Assembly (NCBI RefSeq): GCF_032191835.1
Contig: NC_083223.1
Span: forward strand, 52,142,001 to 52,206,000
Origin: Heteronotia binoei
Taxonomy: Eukaryota
Reading direction: 5' to 3'
DNA: 64,000 nt
The notes under the pieces were generated by a model. That model worked only from the letters and a program-made list of their open reading frames with translations. It ran no database searches and was not told the DNA's origin. Position 1 is the stretch's first letter, and each line of letters opens with the position of its first letter. The translations under genes were made by a program, and so were the position numbers. Below, in pieces: positions 45,701 through 58,187 of the stretch.

Positions 45701-47781
45701 AATTGACTCACATGCCTCAAGTGGCCAAAGAGAGAGGTCTATAACAGAAGCCTCCTGTAAAGGATACAGTAAATAAATGACCGTGTATTCATTGTCCTTG
45801 GGGTAACTTCCTATGACATGTTATAAATGGTTCTGTTTAATCTCCTGAGTTGTGTTTTTGCCAAATATATATATATATATATATTCAGGCAGCTACCAGG
45901 GCTGTACAGCAAGCTAGAAGTCAAAATATCACGAAACTGAATATCCATACTGACAGCAAGTTCACCATTGATGGTAAGCAGTTGGGTTTTTTGATTATAG
46001 TAAATTTATACATTGCCCTATTACATAATACACAGTGAGCAGTGGAGACCTGTGAAGACAAGCAAGGGAAGGGGAAATCCTTGCTGTCTCAGCCGCTGTC
46101 ATTTCCGACCTTCCTGTCTCCCTGTTTCCCTTACCTTTCTGGCTTTGCCTGTTTCTGACCTGTTTCTGCCAGGGTTAGCTCAGTAGTGTGGTGGAAAATA
46201 ACTCATTGTGATTTGTAGATAACGGTATTTTTACTGGTAAATTGATGATGTGATTTAGGTCATACTAATAAGCCAACAGGTTAATGTAACATGTCTATTA
46301 ATTTGAAGCTATTGACCATAAAATCATTTGTTGAGAAGAACTGGGACAAGAGGTACCTATAGGCCTACAGTTTTTTCTGTTCTTTCTCCATCTAGCCATT
46401 TCATGCACATCTGGATTTATCCTCTTTCAGCTTGCCATATGCAGTTCCAAACAAGGAGCTGGCAGTGGGTGAGCTCTACAGTTGGCTAGGCAGAAACTGA
46501 AATTAGTTCTGAAAACTGGTAGGGCCCATTTGTGTTTGAAGCTAATGGTAATATCCTGTCAACTGTGACCATTGTAAAACAGGCCAGTAAGCAACTGAGG
46601 ATTTTAGCATATATAGAATTGTTATTTTGAACATGGACTGAACAGCTTGAGAGAACCCGTCCTCTTCCAACTAGCGTTCACAGTTAGGGTGAACAGGAGA
46701 AACTGCTTAGGAGGAGGTCACTCTCAAGACATTTAGCCTCATGGCATGGAAGACCAGTTGTAAAAGGACACTGACTTAAATAGAACAAGACTTACAGTAA
46801 CTTCCTAAGCAGAGATGCAACCTTTTAAATCAAAGTCAGTGAGTTTACATTGGTGTTACTCAGGATGGCACTGTTCTTCTTTATTTCCTGTCTTTAAAAT
46901 GGCAGGCTAACTGCATTTTATTTGCAGAGTGTGAGGATAAATTCATTACAGGTTCATTAAATGTCCAGATGTAGCCTGTTTGCCTTTTGAAACATCTCAG
47001 CTGGATGGCATTTTATGGATGCTGTGAGATCATTTCTGCTAATCTTTTAAAAAGATATGATCTAGCTACCGTCTTAAAAAAGGATCCTTTTTTATTCTGT
47101 AGGTATGACAAAGTGGGTTCCAAACTGGGAGCGTAATGGTTGGAAAACCAGCACCGGGAAAGATGTAGTCAACAAAGAGGACTTTCAAAGGCTTACTAAC
47201 CTTTCAGAAGGCATGGACATCAAATGGGTATGTAACAAAACTGCTGATGGAGTAAAGAATGAATACATATCTTTAAAATGCAAATCCTGCAACAGAGTAT
47301 GAGCGATTTGTTTGTGTAGTCATGATATTCACAATAACAATATAAATATATATTTATACCAATATAAGAGGTTAGAATGAGGGTGTTTCAGTTCCTTAGA
47401 AGGAAGCTGCCCATCATTCTGGCCCTTATCTTTTCAGCTGTGTTTCCTTGAGATGAAAGAATAAAGTTAGTTTCACAGCTGTAGATAGAGTTGCTGGAAA
47501 GAGGTAGAAAATGTATTCTCGCTTAAAATAAGAAAGAATTGCACTTTGTTCCCAAAATAATAAAACGATATTAAAGCATTGACAATTAGTAGTGGTGTTT
47601 GTAGCAGATGTTGTAGATTAGTAGTAGATGTTCTAGACAAATGCTAGTGATTGCTGTTTGCCATACACTTTTAGTTACTTTGGAAACTTCTTGTCAACAG
47701 ACCCATGTTCCAGGTCATGCAGGATGTAAGGGAAATGAAGCTGCTGATCGTCTTGCAAGAGAAGGAGCTGGAAAACCCTGA
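36605..47781 (+). CDS. RNASEH1: Ribonuclease H1 copy A, join(36605-36720,39140-39249,41824-41923,45125-45179,45889-45973,47103-47227,47701-47781), 223 aa (201 aa from Met23 at 36671)
   Basis: The frame is open across 7 GT-AG exons: leader [69 protein letters not shown], and catalytic domain with YTDG, RAE, TDS, HVPGH, AADRLA. It is divergent to RPS7, as in other vertebrates. Confidence 0.95.
37245..38301 (-). mobile_element. 5'-truncated CR1 LINE (RT C-terminal part) in RNASEH1-A intron
   Basis: ORF with [17 protein letters not shown] and [11 protein letters not shown] motifs; (TTCTTATG) tail; TGGCA direct repeat at 37240-37244 and 38302-38306; absent in copy B. Confidence 0.95.
39140..39249 (+). 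CDS. RNASEH1: RNASEH1-A coding exon 2 (HBD)
   Basis: tctttatag|G GAT GAA TGT...ACA G|gtaact; [36 protein letters not shown]. Confidence 0.93.
40275..40515 (+). mobile_element. 5S rRNA-derived SINE (SINE3-like)
   Basis: cttgtcagatctcagaagctaaacagggcc...gtatttggatgggagacc resembles the 5S internal promoter region; (CA)-rich tail. Confidence 0.8.
41824..41923 (+). CDS. RNASEH1: RNASEH1-A first catalytic exon
   Basis: (G)[33 protein letters not shown], 100 nt, donor GTAAGT. Confidence 0.96.
42680..43090 (-). mobile_element. L2/CR1-clade LINE 3' fragment
   Basis: Minus-strand [17 protein letters not shown] motif typical of the ORF2 C-terminus. Confidence 0.65.
44330..45000 (-). mobile_element. 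Degraded L2-like LINE 3' fragment
   Basis: gtgtaatctgccttgagtcccagtgagaaaagcaggctataaat-type tail on the minus strand and a gtggagtagactgcc motif. Confidence 0.55.
45125..45179 (+). CDS. RNASEH1: RNASEH1-A exon containing the catalytic Glu
   Basis: [18 protein letters not shown], 55 nt. Confidence 0.96.
45865..45884. repeat. (AT)10 microsatellite inside a 3' splice site
   Basis: gtttttgccaa(at)10tcag|GCA. Confidence 0.9.
45889..45973 (+). CDS. RNASEH1: RNASEH1-A exon containing the second catalytic Asp
   Basis: [29 protein letters not shown], 85 nt. Confidence 0.95.
47103..47227 (+). CDS. RNASEH1: RNASEH1-A basic-protrusion exon
   Basis: [42 protein letters not shown], 125 nt. Confidence 0.96.
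47701..47781 (+). CDS. RNASEH1: RNASEH1-A last coding exon
   Basis: [29 protein letters not shown]. Confidence 0.96.
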   Translation, partial: THVPGHAGCKGNEAADRLAREGAGKP

Positions 47782-48140
47782 TCATAGTGTTTTGGAATTA
47801 CAAAGTTCCTTAAGAGTTCTCTGGCTGTAATAACAATATGGGTTTGTTAACCTGTGTCAGCATTTCTAGTTAACATGCATTTTTTGTTGCATCTCTGCCC
47901 AGCTTTGATGATACGTGAGAAGACTCACAAGTGCATACTTTTCCCTATTCTGTAGAGGCATTTTCAAGGTTCTAATTGAAATTAATTCAATTTATGTTGG
48001 AATTAAACTGCTTCATGTTTTTAGGCAGCACTTTTCCATACTTCACAGCTGCAAATTTGTTTTTAAACGTTGTAATTCTAGCTATTTTAGAAGTGTCCGT
48101 AGGATGCTGAACAACAGTATGTTTTCCCATTGAGCTTTGA

Positions 48141-48146
48141 AATAAA
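48141..48146 (+). terminator. Probable RNASEH1-A polyadenylation signal
   Basis: First AATAAA about 360 nt after the stop codon. Confidence 0.55.
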
Positions 48147-48576
48147 AATTTTTGCTTTTACTCTGTGGCATTTTTGCAATTTAGTCTTTATAGGTGAGGC
48201 CATGCAACACAAAAAAAAATACAAACCCCAAAGTTTACCCCTACTATGCACGAAAGTGCAAAATGTCAATGATCAATAACAACACAGTGATCATAAACTT
48301 ACTTTACATTTATTTAAGGTTTGTCCAATCAGTTTCAGTCCACTTAATCACAAGAATCACAGTTTGAGTGTAGTATTCAGCTAGCTGGCAATGTTATGCA
48401 CAGCAAGCATCAGTCTTCTATAATGATAAAAGGATACATGTGCCTGTGGCAGGCATAACTCGACAGTAATAAAGATAGGAGTTCCACAATCAGCCATCAG
48501 CTTAAGAATGATCATGGTGTTGCATTGCCATAAATGAAGAGAAATGGAACATCCTTACTCGGTATGCTCTTTACAT

Positions 48577-49845
48577 CAGGGTGTTAAACATAAGTCCTGC
48601 AGGCTGGATCCAGCCCCCAGAGTGCTCCAATCAGGCTCTCTAGCAACTGGCTGTTGTCTGCTTCATTCTCCCTTGCCGACTTTCTTCGATCACCATTTTG
48701 TGTTTCTCCCCCGATTAGCCAGCAAAGCAGCCTCTGCCAGCTCTTTCTCTCTTCCCCCTCCATTTCCTGGAGGGAGGAGGAGCTTCAGCCAATGAAAGAA
48801 GCTTGGAAGTTTGCCAGGTTCAATCAATGACACTGCTGAGCTACTGAGCCGAACTTCTCTTCCTTAGTGGCTGAGGCTCCTCCCTTTCCTTGTCCCCTGG
48901 GGAAGGAAGGAGAGAGCTCCAGCTCCCTTTCCCCAGTTCCTACCATCGGAGAGATACAAAGAAAGCACTTAAGGCTAGCAACATTTCATTGAATGTATGA
49001 GATTTTTGCCTTGCTACAGGGAGAGACACACAGAGTTTGGTTGGGCTTGTTATGGGTGCAATTGGGTTCCCCTGCTTTTTTTAACTATCCAAGCCTTCCA
49101 GTCATTCTCAATAGGAAAGCATGTGAACTATTTAGAAGAGCCAATAACAAGCCAGAATTAAGCTGAGAGTGTGTCCAGCCTACGTTTACTCAGCAAATTT
49201 CCCTTGATTTTTCTTTCACATTTCCCTTTGGTGATCTTTCTTGAACTTAGACTTCCCAGATAGTAAGTAGGCTGATACTGACTATTACATGGCTGTCTCT
49301 CTGTTCTTGCACTGCCACATATAAGTTGTAGTTCTTTTTCTGGGGAAGACTATAGTTTTGTAGACAACCACATAGCCCTCAGTCTGTGCCATGGTGCCTT
49401 CACATGTTCTTGTCTAGCACATGAAGCAACTTCTGTAGAAAAGCTCACAATGCCCAGCTGCTTCATGTTTTCCTCTAGGTCTTAGGCTCAAAGCATTGAC
49501 CATAAGATCTCTGTAGTGAATGTCAATAGATCAAAAGTAGGTTTGCAACTTACAGATGTGTACATCTGAACAACACCTGAACAGCATATTCAAGATTGGT
49601 ATAGCACAGACACATGGCAGATTTTGATGCAATAATTCATAGTAAGAGGTGACATCAGACTAAAACAAAATATTGCAAGCATGTTATGTTTTAAGCATGT
49701 TTTATTCTAAGTAAAAAAAACCGTTTGTGCCCTTCATAAGGTTTATATGTCCACTACCTGGCATATATGACATACATGGCCCAGACCAACAAGGTCTCAT
49801 TTATATCAAATCTGGCCCTCATAACAAATGAGTTCGACAACTCTG
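48577..49845. mobile_element. Longer non-autonomous hAT element of the same family
   Basis: Related TIRs and perfect 8-bp TSD CTTTACAT (48569-48576 and 49846-49853). Confidence 0.85.
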
Positions 49846-52450
49846 CTTTACATTTTGGTGCTCTGATTGGTTTCTTTTACTCAGTGGTAATTTTGTAGAA
49901 AAAGAAGCTTATTAGGACAACTCATTTGAATATGCCACATACCTCTGACATCACCAGAAGTTGTACTTAGTTCAGCATCTACCTTTAAATGCTTCTTGAA
50001 TTACAATTGTCATAAAATCTTACTCCCATCATACTTTTTAAATTACTTTCTCTTATGTGGCCACGGTGCTTGATGAAGATTCCCATCTGTCTGCTTTATA
50101 TGTTTTGGTTATTCTATTTCTAGAAGTAGAGTAGGTTTTTTTTCTGAACTATTATACTGCCTTGCACATGGCAATATCTAAACAAAGGAACAGGAAGTGG
50201 AACAACATGCGCCAACTCTACTGGCGGGAAAACAGAGCAAAAAGCAACTGGGGATCCATGAAGCAGAGGATGTGAATATGGAAGTGACCCCAACTGTGTT
50301 TCGGGGCACAAGTCTCTGGCTGGACAAGACACACTGAGCATGTACAGAGTGTCTGCTTAAATAGGCAAAAACAACCTGGAGGTATGGCTGGGTTTGTAAA
50401 GTGGTTTAAACAACTCGATGGTTTTTGGAGAGCTTGAGCCAGGAAATGGGCTTTCCAAGGTGAGATTAATAGATTCCCAGTGTAAGACAAAAGAAAATTA
50501 TCCTTAACGTTTTTCATGATGGGCTTAATGTTAGGTATCAATTTGGTTTCAATTCTGACTCCTCAGAGTCAGAAGACGAAGGATTGTGTCATATGGTCTG
50601 TATTAGCATATAGGTAAGACAAAGTGATGCTGAGTTGGAACAGGAAAGTAACAAGATTGGCCATTAGTTGCTAACCAGAGATTAGGTAAGCCATGCAGCA
50701 AAGGTACACTTTCCTAATGGGTGGTGCGGCAGAATTTTAGTAAGGAGACTTGAAGATTCATGTACATATCCATTTAGCTCACATTTGTTCAGTTAGAGCC
50801 CAATTGTTAGAAACTCTGGTTCTCTCCCATGACCCTTTACAGCACAGATGCAGTGTTAAATCTCTAAGCCAGTAACGTAAGTCCTACCAAATATTTTACA
50901 TTCCTGGAGCCACCATGTACCATTTTTGAGACATAACTCCTACAGGTTACAATAAGCCCAGCCTTGGGATTGTCTGAGGACCTCTTGACCTAGTAGATAA
51001 CCAAGGGACTAGCAGTGCCCTTAGGAGAGTGGGTCCGCTCTGTGTCAAGTTAATAGACCTACCTTTTGTCATGTACCTATTTAGGTATAGAGGGTATAAA
51101 TATTGATCCTTATAGCTGGGGCTGCTGGGTGACTGCTCATTAGTGAGCCTCAAAGGACAGCCAGAAAGATCTCTTTCTGTTTTATTTTTACAAGTGTACA
51201 CTGTGCTATTCTGCCTGTTGGATAGTTTGCCTGAACTTAATAAACTAGACTTAAGAGCAACTTTTGCCACCAGGACCTCGGCTCCTGGCTGGTCTGCACG
51301 CACCCCAATAAAGGAATCAAGCAAAAGGTGGCATTGGCAACCATACCGTATTCCAAGTCTATTTTGATGCTATTGGGGTCACTGCTTACAAGGTGCAATG
51401 GAACAGAGTGTGGTGATCCCTATGATCTGTGAGTCACAGTATAGTAGGTGGTATGGGAAATCCACCATAGAGCATTCCTCACACACGACTGCCCAGAATA
51501 TGTATTATCCCACTTTGCCTCCAGTGAGTGCCATTCATTCTCTCTTCCATTATTGCATCTTCACAACACCCCTTGTGAGGTAGGTTAGTCTGAGAGTGAC
51601 TGGCCCTATGCATCCCTGATAAGCTCCATCATTCAATGAGGGGTTCAAGTGCAGGCCTCTAAGCCTGACTAGCTAGACCAGCAGTACACTCATCTACATA
51701 TCTCATTACATATTGTTTACCCATTTTCACTATATTGTATTGTATTCCTTTTTCCTATGGCAAACTAGAATTATTTTTACATGTTAAAAAGTAAATTAGG
51801 TGGACAAGAACATCACTATCCAATGTATTTCTCTTTTAGCTGTATTGACACACTCAAACAGGGACTTTGGTTGCTTATCGCATTACATATATTGAACCCA
51901 TCTCCCATTGTCATTGACAGACAATCTCACATTTTGACATACTACTGTTTTGTTGCTTTCGCATACTCATGCTACTCAGATCAAAGGTTTGCTCAATTCG
52001 TTAATTTTACTGCATACTGCTGTTTTGTTGCTTTCGCATGCTCATGCTACTCAGATCAAAGGTTTGCTCAATTTGTTAATTTTACTATTTTGTCATTGTA
52101 CCATTTTACATTCTAAACCACTGCCTACCAGATAATTTTACTTTACTGTCATTGGTTCTTAAATTTGTACCATGTTGCATTCTGGGCCACTGCCTACCTG
52201 CTATGTATGGCTCTGCTCACTGTGCTGGATTCCTTGTCCGATGAAATGTGCTTAAGAGCACACGAAAGCTTATGTTCTAAATAAAAATTGGTTGGTCTTA
52301 AAGGTGAACTTGACTCCTGCTTTGTTCAACTGCTTCAGACCAACACGGCTGCCCGCTTGGATCTATACACTCATCTATGGCAGTGCTTCAGTCTGATTCC
52401 AGAAGATGCAAATTGCACCACCCGTTCCAGAACTGGGAATCTGCCTATTC

Positions 52451-53020
52451 ACAGCAGCAAAAAAAGCAAAAAAAAACGTGTACAAGAAATAAATATATTC
52501 CAAAAATATTATAGACTCTGTGTCAATTTCTGAAACACTTAGAGATACCATGTAACACACTAAAAAAGTTTCTTTCACTACAGAGAAGATGCAGTCCTCA
52601 CTGAGCTTGTGCCTAATGTAAATGCAATAAGATTTTTTTGCTTGATGTCAACTTGTGAATATTACAGAACAGTAAGACACTTTAAAATGCGAAACGTGGC
52701 CTGAAGTCAACTGACACGTAAGGAACACTTCTATCCCAAATATTTATTTTTCCTTTGGAGCTGAGAGGATTGTTGGATTCCACACAGAGTGTTTGGAAAA
52801 GTGCAAAGATTTGTTGTGAACATGGACTTTATGTGCAAAAGGACTGCATCTTCTCTGTAGTGAAAGAAACTGGTTTTTTACTGTGTTATGTGATATCTCT
52901 AAGTGTTAAAGAAATTGACACAGAGTCAATAATATTTTGGAATATATTTCTTTATTGTACACAGTTTTTTGTTTTTTTCCCTGCTGTTCTTTACTGTGTT
53001 GCCACTTGCTTTTCCCTGTT
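52451..53020. mobile_element. Fold-back insertion with arms of about 147 bp, specific to copy B
   Basis: 52451-52597 is the imperfect reverse complement of 52841-52987; copy A is uninterrupted at about 22735. Confidence 0.8.
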
Positions 53021-54069
53021 AACAGCAGTGGCAGGTAGCTGAGCTAGTCACTCTTCAGAAGCACTGGTCAAATGCTGTTCATGAGGACCAGTGCTTCTTA
53101 GCAGCATGCCTTAAACTGGCTGACTCTTTCTCCTTGCTGCTAACAAACATGGTAGTGTTGCAGTTCCCTAGTCCAAGGGTGTTTGTGTTATGGGTCTGCA
53201 GAATACAAAACCCTGGCAATGTGAACCTTCGCATACCAGTCTGACAAGCTGCCATAAGCCCCTTTTACTACCCCAGCAGTCAGAAGCCAAGAGGCAAGCT
53301 TCTGATCTTCTCAGGACTAAACAAGAAAGTCAGCCCTGTAAGGTTGGATACTTGCAGAAATGAGTTTCCACAAACAATTAACCTGCTAGGTGAGCGCTTG
53401 GCCTAGGAACTGGAATTAGGATTGAAGCCACTTGAACACAAAAGACCACAGCATAGATTTATTAAAACTGTGCAAGAATATTGCAAAAGAGAATAAGCAG
53501 TGAGGAATCAAAACAACATAGCTAATTATAAGAGACTAACTACACAAAAAGACTTTGGTTTAAAACAAGAATACAAACTGCAAGACATTACTATTCCATA
53601 GTTGCTCAGCAAGAAAAGTCCAGAGCTTCCATGGGCAGGTTTCAAAGATCACATCCAAAATCAAGAAGCAAGAAGCTACATATGCCTTGCCAGTTGCTAA
53701 TTGAAAAGGCTAACCCTTAAAACCAAAGGATCCAACATGATTTGGGCCCATAAACAAGTCAGAACCTTGGCTCATTATGTCAGTGCTAGTGTTACTAAAA
53801 GTATGTGACCTAAGGATGCTATCTGCAGACTAGTCCAACCATTTCTCACATGTGCTAACAGCACAAATCATAATGTCTAGCTGAATGGAATGTGGCTAAT
53901 TGGTTATCATGGTGTCATTTCATCCTTGGAAGGGAGTTAGAGTTAGAGATAGAAGCATTCCTCCCTCCACCTGGCTGTTATCTAGTCATGAGGTCAGCTT
54001 TGCTGTGTCCTCCCAGCAACAATTATTTTCCCACTTAAACTTTTCAGCTCAATCTGCAGCCTACAGTCA

Positions 54070-54971
54070 GGGTGGTGAGAACCAGAAAGGATTGTGAGGA
54101 ACTCCAAAGGGATCTGTTGAGGCTGGGTGAGTGGGCGTCAACGTGGCAGATGCGGTTCAATGTGGCCAAGTGCAAAGTAATGCACATTGGGGCCAAGAAT
54201 CCCAGCTACAAATACAAGTTGATGGGGTGTGAACTGGCAGAGACTGACCAAGAGAGAGATCTTGGGGTCGTGGTAGATAACTCACTGAAAATGTCAAGAC
54301 AGTGTGCGTTTGCAATAAAAAAGGCCAACGCCATGCTGGGAATTATTAGGAAGGGAAGTGAAAACAAATCAGCCAGTATCATAATGCCCCTGTATAAATC
54401 GATGGTGCGGTCTCATTTGGAGTACTGTGTGCAGTTCTGGTCGCCGCACCTCAAAAAGGATATTATAGCATTGGAGAAAGTCCAGAGAAGGGCAACTAGA
54501 ATGATTAAAGGGCTGGAGCACTTTCCCTATGAAGAAAGGTTGAAACGCTTGGGACTCTTTAGCTTGGAGAAACGTCGACTGTGGGGTGACATGATAGAGG
54601 TTTACGAGATAATGCATGGGATGGAGAAAGTAGAGAAAGAAGTACTTTTCTCCCTTTCTCACAATACAAGAACTCGTGGGCATTCGATGAAATTGCTGAG
54701 CAGAAAGGTTAAAACGGATAAAAGGAAGTACTTCTTCACCCAAAGGGTGATTGACATGTGGAATTCACTGCCACAGGAGGTGGTGGCGGCCACAAGTATA
54801 GCCACCTTCAAGAGGGGTTTAGATAAAAATATGGAGCACAGGTCCATTAGTGGCTATTAGCCACAGTGTATGTGTGTATATAAAATTTTTTGCCACTGTG
54901 TGACACAGAGTGTTGGACTTGATGGGCCGTTGGCCTGATCCAAAATGGCTTCTCTTATGTTCTTATGTTCT
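54070..54971 (+). mobile_element. 5'-truncated CR1 LINE
   Basis: 262-aa ORF of CR1 ORF2 C-terminus and (TCTTATGT)n tail; copy A has the empty site at about 23785. Confidence 0.95.
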
Positions 54972-55545
54972 AACCAAGCCTGAACTAATGTTTGAAAGAA
55001 CAAGGAAGTAGGCAAGGATTTCAGTCCCTTTGACAGGTAGAGTTTTTAATGTGGAGTCCAAGAGAGAAGTGTGTATATGGAAAGCCAGCTTTGCATTGGT
55101 CAAATGCATTTGGAGTTTATTCTCATAGAACAGAATGCCCCCCAACCCCAGTTGTATTGTAGAATGGGTAGCCACTTTTCTACCCTATTGCATCTAGCAA
55201 TTGAATCTTCTTAGAAGTAAATACCCTGATACTTAAATGCAAGCCCCCTGGTGGTTATTCCACCACTGTTCACTTCAAGGGCCCTGAAACCACTTGCTCT
55301 GGCCCTGACCAAATGAGGAACAATCTGTTTTAAGAAGGGTTACCACTCACATGGAAGCTAAATCGGCCTTGAGATTTGACAATTGACAGGGCATGACAAG
55401 GACTGGCAGCACTTAAATGTCTTGTAGCGATATAGTGTAATGCACTAGTGAACAGAGTGGCAGAGGAGGACCTGGGTTCAAATTCTTACTTCTGCCATGG
55501 AAGCTCAATGGGTGACCTTGGCCTCATCTCAAACTCAGCCTAGCC

Positions 55546-56116
55546 CAGGCGTGTCAAACTCATTTATTATGCGGGATGGATCTGACATAAATGAGACCTT
55601 GTTGGGCCGGGCAATTTGTGTACCTATTTAAGATTAGGAGAACAGGTATAAACTTTATAAAGGACACAAACATAATTAAAGTGTTTTGTTTTTTTAAAAA
55701 CCCTTAAAATAAAACATGCTTAAAACATCAGCATGTGTTGGTCTTAAAGGTGCTTTCCTTGTATTTCTCCCATGGGATCCAGACAACTGAGCAAAGGAAG
55801 CTCTGGCTCTTTCCTTCCTTCCCAGGGGACCAGGAGGGGGAGGAGCCTCAGCCAATAGAAGGAAGAGAGGCTTGGCTCAGTAGCTCTGCTACTGGCAAAG
55901 CAAGCTCTCCCTCTCCACCTTCTCCCAAGGGAGGAACCTCAGCCAATGGAGAAAATAGTAGCTCCTGTGCAACTGAGCAAGACTTGCAAAGCAAGCTGTT
56001 ATTGCAGAAGGAAGCAAGAGAGAGGGAGAAGGAAGCAGATGACATTCAGTTTCTCAGGGACCTGATAGGAGCCCTCCAGGGACCTGATTTGGCCCTTGGG
56101 CTGCATGTTTGACACC
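55546..56116. mobile_element. hAT MITE of the same family
   Basis: caggcgtgtcaaactcattt...gcatgtttgacacc. Confidence 0.8.
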
Positions 56117-58187
56117 AATGACAAAACTTTTTGTGCTGCCAAAATTTCAAAATTCAATGACAAAATCTTGTGATGCCAAGGTTTCTTTCTTTTAAGTCCT
56201 AGCTTCCAAAGATACATAAATTCCTCACTGAGATTTGCAGATGATAGGGTTGTTGCCAATCCCCAGGTGGGGCAACACACAAGAACACTGCATATACCAC
56301 TTTCACAATATATATGCACTTTTATGTGATGAACCTTATATGCTGCTTATTGGTACTGGATATTTATTTTTTGTGTAATATCATTTCTATAGTTCTGAGC
56401 ATTTTGTGGCTTGATAAAGACTTCAAAAGAAACATGTGTGTAAACTCTACTTGAAGAGCAGTTAGCTGCCTCTTTGAAGTTTTTTTCCTGTATCTCTGTG
56501 AGAGACTTTCTCCCTTTTGGCTCCAGCACCTTGGCATCAATTTGGAAGAAGGCTCCGTTTTCTTCAGGATCAACACAAGTGTATTATAGGAACAACTGTC
56601 TTCCTTCTAGATTAATGAGGGACTGAGCCTTTTATGTTAATTTGTTTTGGAGTGTATGTGGCTGATATAAATGGTTTATTATTTCAAGTGCAAAGATTGT
56701 TACTAGTTTGTATAAAGGAGAATGATATAGAAAAAATACAACAGAAAATATAACAAAATTGAGAAGTAGTAAAGTGCATATATATTGTGAAAGTGGTACA
56801 TGCGGTGTTCTTGTGTGTTGCTCCATCTCCTCAGCAGTTTCTGTGTGTTGCTTAATCCCCAGGTGGGTGCAGGGGATCCCCCGGTTTGGAGGCCCTCCCC
56901 GCTTCAGGATAATCAGAAAGCAGGGGGTGGGGAGGGAAATGACTGCTAGGCACTCCATTATTTTCTATGGAGACCGATTTTCATGGGGTATAATGGAGAA
57001 TTGATTTGCGGTATCTGGGGCTCGGGGGGGGGCTGTTTTTTGAGGTAGAGACACCAAATCTGCAGCATAGCATCTGATGGCTCTCCTAAAAAACCCCCAC
57101 CACGTTTCAAAAAGATTGGATCAGGGGGTCCAATTCTATGAGCCCCAAAAGAAGGTGCCCCTATCCTTTCCAATGGAGGGAAGGCATTTAAAATGTTTGC
57201 AATCCCTTCACATGTGATGGCCAGAACTGCCTTTGGAATTCAATTGTGCTTGTCACAATCTTGCTCCTGGCTCCACCCCCAACGTCTCCTGGCTCCACCC
57301 CCAAAGTATTTCTTGAATTGGACTTGGCAACCCTAAACAGATGACAACCCATCAAATGGTTCAATTGATATATGAATCCAGTCCTCCTCCTTTCTTTCTT
57401 CCTACTGCAATAGAATTTGGATCCACAGACCCAGCTTCTTCAATAAATCAAAATAATACATTTCAAAATGCCCCCGCTTTGATCTCAATGCTATTTATGC
57501 ATACTTTCCTGGCAGTAAGCCCTGTTAAACACAATGGCACTTACAGCAAATGAGCGAGCACATGGTTGTGCAGAAAGAAGCTTTTGTGATGGTTCATTTA
57601 TTTAAATAAAAATCAAAATGACAATCAGGGGCCCAAATTATTGACAGGTCAAGAAACTATGTTTGGCTAAAGATCCAGATGGGCAGCTGTATTGTTCTGA
57701 AACAACAGAACCAAGTTTTATTCCAGTGGCACCTTTAACACCAACAAAGTTTAATTTGGGGTATAAGATTTCGTATCTGAAGTATTGCCTGTGCACAAAA
57801 ACTTGTACCCACAAACTTTGTTGCTCTTAAAGGGGCTTAAACTTCATTTTGTGTTTGAGTATATTCCACAAATTTAGCCGCTATGTTATGCCGATGGAAG
57901 AAGAATACAATAAGGGCCTAGACAGTAGCACCTTTAAGACCAACAAAGGTATAAGCTTTTGTATATCACACATACGCACTTCTTCAGTTCACTTCACAAG
58001 GAAGTTTATGCTTGAATAAAACGTTGTTGATCTTAAAGGTGCAGCTGGACTTCTACTTTATTCTGTTGCTTCAGACCAAGATGGCTACCCACTTGGATCT
58101 ATCTTCGATGGAAGAAGAGTTCAGGGGAGTCTTGTGGCACTTGAAAGGCAACCCACTCCTTCATACACCAGGAATGAAGTCTCATAG

